From NCBI RefSeq assembly GCF_020745735.1, contig NC_083417.1:60946001-61010000 (forward strand): 64,000 nucleotides of DNA, in the 5' to 3' direction. Position numbers and translations under genes: made by a program. Source of the stretch: Hemiscyllium ocellatum. Taxonomy: Eukaryota. The notes beneath the pieces were generated by a model. The model ran no database searches. It saw nothing but the letters and a program-made list of their open reading frames with translations, and was not told the DNA's origin. Shown piece by piece: positions 61,616-64,000 of the stretch; the first letter of the stretch is position 1; every line of letters starts with the position of its first letter.

Positions 61616-63232
61616 GGGTGGAATCTTATAGTGGTCTGAACAAGGTGGGTTATAGTAAGACATGTGGCAGAACTGAATGAGAGATCCAGTGGGGCAAACT
61701 GCAATGTCAGAAAAATCTCAATCTATCTTTTATGCTGTTAATATGTGGCGGGCTAAGTTTCCCACTATGCAGCAATGAATTGCCAATTAATGGGGATTAT
61801 CGCTTGTTGATAGCAAAAGTCATCACATTAATAGTCAGCTTCATATCTTACCAAACTCTGTAAAATAAGCCTGGCATTGAGAAAACTCAACATGGAAACC
61901 AGAACACGTATCTGGTGAATTCAAGTCATGGCCATCCACGTTGGACACCTGGTGCCAATATCCCATGGGATGTTCCATGGACATCCAAGGACATTGACAT
62001 ACACGAGCCTCTAACAACCCTCATGGCAGATCTCTGATACATTTACAGGTTGTTTCTGGCTATACCAGTAGCTATTGTTGAAATACAACAGTGCTGTGAG
62101 CTTTGGCACATGCACCCGGATTGACAAGGCTTCCTCTGCAGGCTCTTTACTTGCTGCTGCAGTGTTCCCATTCTCTGAGCCACCTGAATACTCTCAGCAT
62201 CTCTGCTTTGCATTGACTTTTTATGTTTTGACACTGATCCAAAGGCTATCATGCTCATATTACTTCTGTCTTATTTTGCTTTGCCATTTAATGCAGACAC
62301 AAACGCAATAAGCTTGTCATGCTTGTCAGTAGGTCTCTGTCAAGTAAAGGGGGTAATCCTTACTTGGGGGATCCCAGAACAGTAAATCAAGGGCAACCTC
62401 CAGTACTAGTCCAGCAGTTTGGAAATGGTCAGTCAGCCACTCAGGACAATCAGAGTCAAGATGCTCTCCAGCAAATATCAGGCAGTGTACCACCCATCTG
62501 GATTCTTTCTGCCCTCCTGGAGGCATCTTTCTTTCAGGAATGAGAGAGAGGCAGGTGTTGCAGGTGGAGATGTGTCCTGAGCAAGGGAGTAGCAATACAG
62601 AGGTCATAAGGGATTAGTGATCTTGAGGTTGGTGTGGGTGTGAACAAATCAAGGAAGATTTGTAGACAATAGTAAGAGTGAGAATGGTAGTGTATGAGCC
62701 TTGGTGGGAGATAGGTACAGTAGCAGTGAGACAGTAAGTATGGTGTATTGGAAAGAAGATGGTGGCACGTACCTTGGCTTTGTGAAGAAGGCACCTATTT
62801 CCTGTAGTGCTGTGGCATTCTGCAAGATAGCCGAGACTACTCTAACCCGGGTGGCAAACTCAGACCAGGCTAGCATGGTCCAGTATTGTATCATCCACTG
62901 CAGGTCCCAAGAAAAGAGGAAGACCCACTTTTGCACCACCCCATTCAGGGCAAATGCCAGACTGACAGTGCTTGTCTGGGTGCACAACGGGGTTTGAAAA
63001 ATGGCACGTGTAGAAGGGATGCCATTAAATTCTGGGATATCTGTTGAGTGGCAAGCTATTCTGTGAATGGCATATGGTAAGAGGACACGACGGACATCAA
63101 GTGAGTGGGGTAGGTAGTTAATAAGGTGAGTTATTAAGTGAGAAAACTCACTAGGACACGTGGCAAAAAACCCTCCAAGAAACTCAACACAACTCAGATT
63201 CATCCCAAAGTTTATTCATAGAGTTCTCATCC
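61616..63232 (-). mobile_element. TIR element with decayed spliced Myb/SANT gene (Harbinger-like), about 1.6 kb
   Basis: Terminus gggtggaatcttat resembles revcomp of 34752-34765; ORF 62649-63203(-) contains AWSEFATRV.VVS followed by donor |gtacgt; acceptor ctctctcattcctgaaag region and exon 2 at 62400-62540. Confidence 0.65.
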
Positions 63233-63939
63233 AGCTTTTTTCCCAGCACTGAATTAGGGAATCAAACCTTTGTTTTGAGCATGTTGTGTCCTTACACAGC
63301 AATTACCAAAAACATATAGCTGCACTTCAAACTATTTTAAATAAATGAAGCAATCTTCAGTGATGTTAGTGTATTGAGAGCCTCGGAGGAGGTGAGAAGA
63401 AAACAAATTCGGAAAGTTCTATACATTCTTCTTCACCTTTACTCATTTGGTGTCCTTCATGTCATCTCAGTCTGTATTACCAGACTGCAATATAGTCAGA
63501 TCTGAGGTTCTCCACCGGGCAAACATTTTCACATGCTATCATTCAATTGTCTCATCATATCAAATTTCCCAGGTTCCTGCAATTCTGAATGGAACACTTC
63601 ATAAAGTGTTTATCCCCATAACAGCTTTGTCAGTGGTCTTAATATGGAATTCCTCTCTACACCAGTAGTCCCCACAATCATTTTCCCCATGGTCCAGCAT
63701 CTCACCAGATAGATCCCTTCAGGTTCTGCAATCCCTCTAACATTCTTAGTTTTCCCCAATTCATCTACAACCTCCCCCTGCCCATGTTCCTACGTCGAAA
63801 GCCACAATCTCAGAACTGCTTGCAGCCTAGATCCTAAAACCTCCTCCCCCAGCTCTAGTCTCCAAACCCAATGCTTCCTTAATTCTGTTATTTGCCTACC
63901 TCTGACATTCTCTTCCCTGGTCCACATCTTCCCCCAAAA

Positions 63940-64000
63940 CTAGCAAACATAGCCTCCTGGTGTTGCCATTGACCAGAAACTAAACTGGACCAGCCATATA
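63940..64000 (+). mobile_element. Fragment of the 14.7-17.1 kb LINE family running off the window
   Basis: ccattgaccagaaactaaactggac matches 16438-16462. Confidence 0.7.

Noticed and set aside
63195-63209. cagattcatccc|aaa as the right TIR with an aaa TSD for the 61.6-kb element
   Set aside because: Homology to the 13029 and 3384 termini indicates the element extends about 25 bp further, so this TIR/TSD call is unsupported.
1-64000. Immunoglobulin/TCR recombination signal sequences
   Set aside because: The CACAGTG heptamers inspected by eye lack a correctly spaced ACAAAAACC-like nonamer, and no V/J-like peptides were seen.

Overview
Repeat-rich, gene-poor vertebrate genomic DNA, most likely from a cartilaginous fish (shark). 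This is inferred from HE1-like V-SINEs, HER1-like CR1 LINEs and a Deu-domain SINE. No complete host gene can be supported: there is one good splice-bounded candidate coding exon (7466-7616) and several weaker ones on the + strand. The recognisable ORFs in the track are decayed transposon fragments (CR1 families, RTE, Rex1/Babar, Tx1, a Gypsy remnant, Penelope-like elements (PLEs), and a TIR element carrying a spliced Myb/SANT gene), and the rest look like chance frames. The most striking hidden structure is a set of short (about 50-320 bp) non-coding PLE-derived insertions. Most carry a minimal type I hammerhead ribozyme (ATTC-CTGA[T/A]GA-A-GGGC-loop-GCCC-GAAAC-GTC-GAAT) and have 11-16 bp target-site duplications. 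Most are fold-back palindromes whose inverted arm stops about 34-40 nt short of the 3' end. One copy has its empty pre-insertion site preserved 1 kb away. Other notable features are a PLE with a twin-priming-like 5' inversion, a roughly 520-bp-arm inverted duplication, a near-identical 78-bp inverted copy 7.5 kb away, and a 39-bp minisatellite. Repeat family names are from motif recognition only, no database search was run, and boundaries of old repeats are approximate.
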